Virus record (IMG/VR): IMGVR_UViG_3300045988_180769
Location: 32,001-96,000 of that record
Strand: one strand, 5' to 3'
Origin: a virus
Length of the DNA stretch: 64,000 nucleotides
Notes under the pieces: model-generated
The model's input: the letters and a program-made list of their open reading frames with translations, nothing else
The model's database searches: none
Told to the model about the DNA's origin: nothing
Shown here: positions 62,670 through 64,000 of the stretch, one piece after another
Layout: each line of letters begins with the position of its first letter
Numbering within the stretch: the stretch's first letter is position 1
Position numbers and translations under genes: made by a program

Positions 62670-63665
62670 TTATCCTTTGAAGCCTAATTTCTTTAATCCA
62701 TCTATCATTCTATCTTCTTCGTCATATATTGATAAAACCTCTTCTACCTGCTTTAATATGTTTAAATCTCGATTTCTAAATATCCAACTTCGTATTCTCG
62801 CAACTTGAATTTCATTTAAAATAAACTCTTCTAAACTATATAATATACCTAATGTATCATTTATCTTTTCACTTATAGGATCAATAACTTTTTCAACTAC
62901 TTGTTGTTTAATTTCTTGTACTTTTTTCTTTGCACTGTTTACTTTTCTTTCAATCTCTATTCCAAAATCATTAAGTAACTTTTTGAATATTGCTCTCATT
63001 TCAATTCTCTGTGGAATTACGATAGTGTTCGTTCTTGAATAGACATGGACTCTTTTACATTGTTCTTCTAAACTTGGTTTATGATATGCATCTCTGCCAA
63101 AAATACTTCTAAATACATTCTTCAATCGATATCTTACTTCATTTATTGTCAATCCTGTTTTCTTTGCAATCGTTCTTGGACTCTGATATAATGTTTGCTC
63201 TGTGAGCACTTGTTCTTTTCTAAAATACTTATGCTTTATACCATATTGTGATGCAATCAAGTAATTGTAGATTTCTTGACATTTGATATCCCAATGATAT
63301 TTGGTATCCTTGATCTTAAATGTGCTTTTTGCATAATTAGGATTTCTAATCTCACATATAGCACTACAATCAATATCGCGTATTATCTCGATATGATCTT
63401 TGATAAAAGCAACTTGACCATTGGTATAAAGTATTTTATAGTGATTTTCAACTTTCGCTGTAGACCAATTTAATCTCTTCGAGTAGAGAGTAAACATATG
63501 AAATCGACTTCTAAAAATCTCCATTTCATAATTCTTGAGTTTTCCTGATGACTTTAACATCTCGTAGTAGAGAAGTTTGTTATCGAAACTTGGTTCGAAA
63601 GAATCGAACTTTTTTTCTTGGTCTTGTTTTGCCTTTAAAAGGACTTCTTTGATTTCTTTTCTCAT
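62670..63665 (-). CDS. hypothetical protein with a possible sigma-r4/LuxR-like HTH
   Basis: The segment QSPRTIAKKTGLTINEVRYRLKNVF looks like a helix-turn-helix. Otherwise unrecognised. Confidence 0.5.
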   Translation of the reverse strand: MRKEIKEVLLKAKQDQEKKFDSFEPSFDNKLLYYEMLKSSGKLKNYEMEIFRSRFHMFTLYSKRLNWSTAKVENHYKILYTNGQVAFIKDHIEIIRDIDCSAICEIRNPNYAKSTFKIKDTKYHWDIKCQEIYNYLIASQYGIKHKYFRKEQVLTEQTLYQSPRTIAKKTGLTINEVRYRLKNVFRSIFGRDAYHKPSLEEQCKRVHVYSRTNTIVIPQRIEMRAIFKKLLNDFGIEIERKVNSAKKKVQEIKQQVVEKVIDPISEKINDTLGILYSLEEFILNEIQVARIRSWIFRNRDLNILKQVEEVLSIYDEEDRMIDGLKKLGFKG

Positions 63666-63691
63666 TTTTGTCAGCTTTTTAATATTGATTG

Positions 63692-63699
63692 TAAAGATA
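63692..63699 (-). promoter_or_regulatory. -7-like box TATCTTTA upstream of the 331-aa gene (no good -33)
   Basis: Minus strand reads TGAAAATAAAGATCTATCTTTACAATC, nearly identical to the 272-303 element over 24 nt. The -33 position falls in the terminator T-tract. Confidence 0.35.
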
Positions 63700-63715
63700 G
63701 ATCTTTATTTTCATA

Positions 63716-63759
63716 TAAAAAGGAAAAAGCATTGAAGAGCTGACATAAACTTCAATGCT
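63716..63759 (-). terminator. Rho-independent terminator candidate
   Basis: Perfect 10-bp stem AGCATTGAAG/CTTCAATGCT (63728-63737 and 63750-63759) with a 12-nt loop. The minus strand continues TTTTCCTTTTTAT. Confidence 0.6.
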
Positions 63760-64000
63760 TTGCAAAACTTCTTCTCTAAGACAGTTTCAATTTCCTTAAA
63801 TTAAAAAATGGTTTAAAACAATTTGTAATGATAGTTACAACTTTTATTCTCACGAACAAATTATAACTATATGAAATCGCTTTCATTTCATACTGTAAAA
63901 GTACTACATTCTATTCATCCTACCTACTCCTATATCAATAGAGATACCCAATTGATCCTATCTTTTCTCTAACTCCTTCATTTTCAACACTTTCTCCTTT

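Noticed and set aside
1-64000. A search by eye for tRNA, rRNA or CRISPR features in intergenic gaps.
   Set aside because: Gaps are mostly under 90 nt and are accounted for by promoter or terminator candidates. No cloverleaf-compatible GC-rich stems or short direct repeat-spacer arrays were seen. A computational scan is still advisable.

Overview
This window is 64 kb of a large, AT-rich phage genome with a contractile tail (myovirus type). All annotation is by eye from the translations; no database search was run. Every credible gene is on the minus strand. Genes are tightly packed, with many ATGA or TAATG stop/start overlaps.

Gene order along the minus strand (high to low coordinates):
- 63.7-59.1 kb: unknown genes, one with an HTH-like segment, plus a holin.
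- 59.1-46.0 kb, head module: portal; MuF-like minor head protein interrupted by a LAGLIDADG intein; two free-standing degenerate Hint-like proteins; a Nudix/Dps-like fusion; an Alt-like ADP-ribosyltransferase; an ADP-ribosylglycohydrolase; an S78-like prohead protease; scaffold; major capsid.
- 46.0-41.6 kb: neck-region genes with an inserted GIY-YIG endonuclease.
- 41.6-31.0 kb, tail module: sheath, tube, two chaperone-position ORFs, tape measure, hub and spike.
- 31.0-14.2 kb: two giant baseplate/fibre proteins. One is 3766 aa (Baseplate-J-like N-terminus plus dozens of beta-sandwich repeats). The other is 1812 aa (repeats, a PKD-like module and BspA-type leucine-rich repeats).
- 12.7-0 kb, replication and nucleotide module: HNH/NinG-like nuclease, DEDDh exonuclease, large terminase with a P-loop intein, DnaB-like helicase, primase, the 7-deazaguanine genes QueD-QueE-FolE, an HNH endonuclease, MazG, and a NadR-like P-loop kinase.

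Intergenic regions carry TTG-N19/20-TAnnTTTA elements resembling Bacteroidota promoters, which suggests a Bacteroidota host. I saw no rRNA, tRNA or CRISPR.

Most interesting:
- An ADP-ribosylation writer/eraser/Nudix trio inside the head module.
- A 7-deazaguanine cassette with no QueC or DpdA in the window, flanked by MazG and a kinase.
- Two atypical inteins plus two domesticated Hint-like ORFs.
- The giant repeat-built baseplate proteins.
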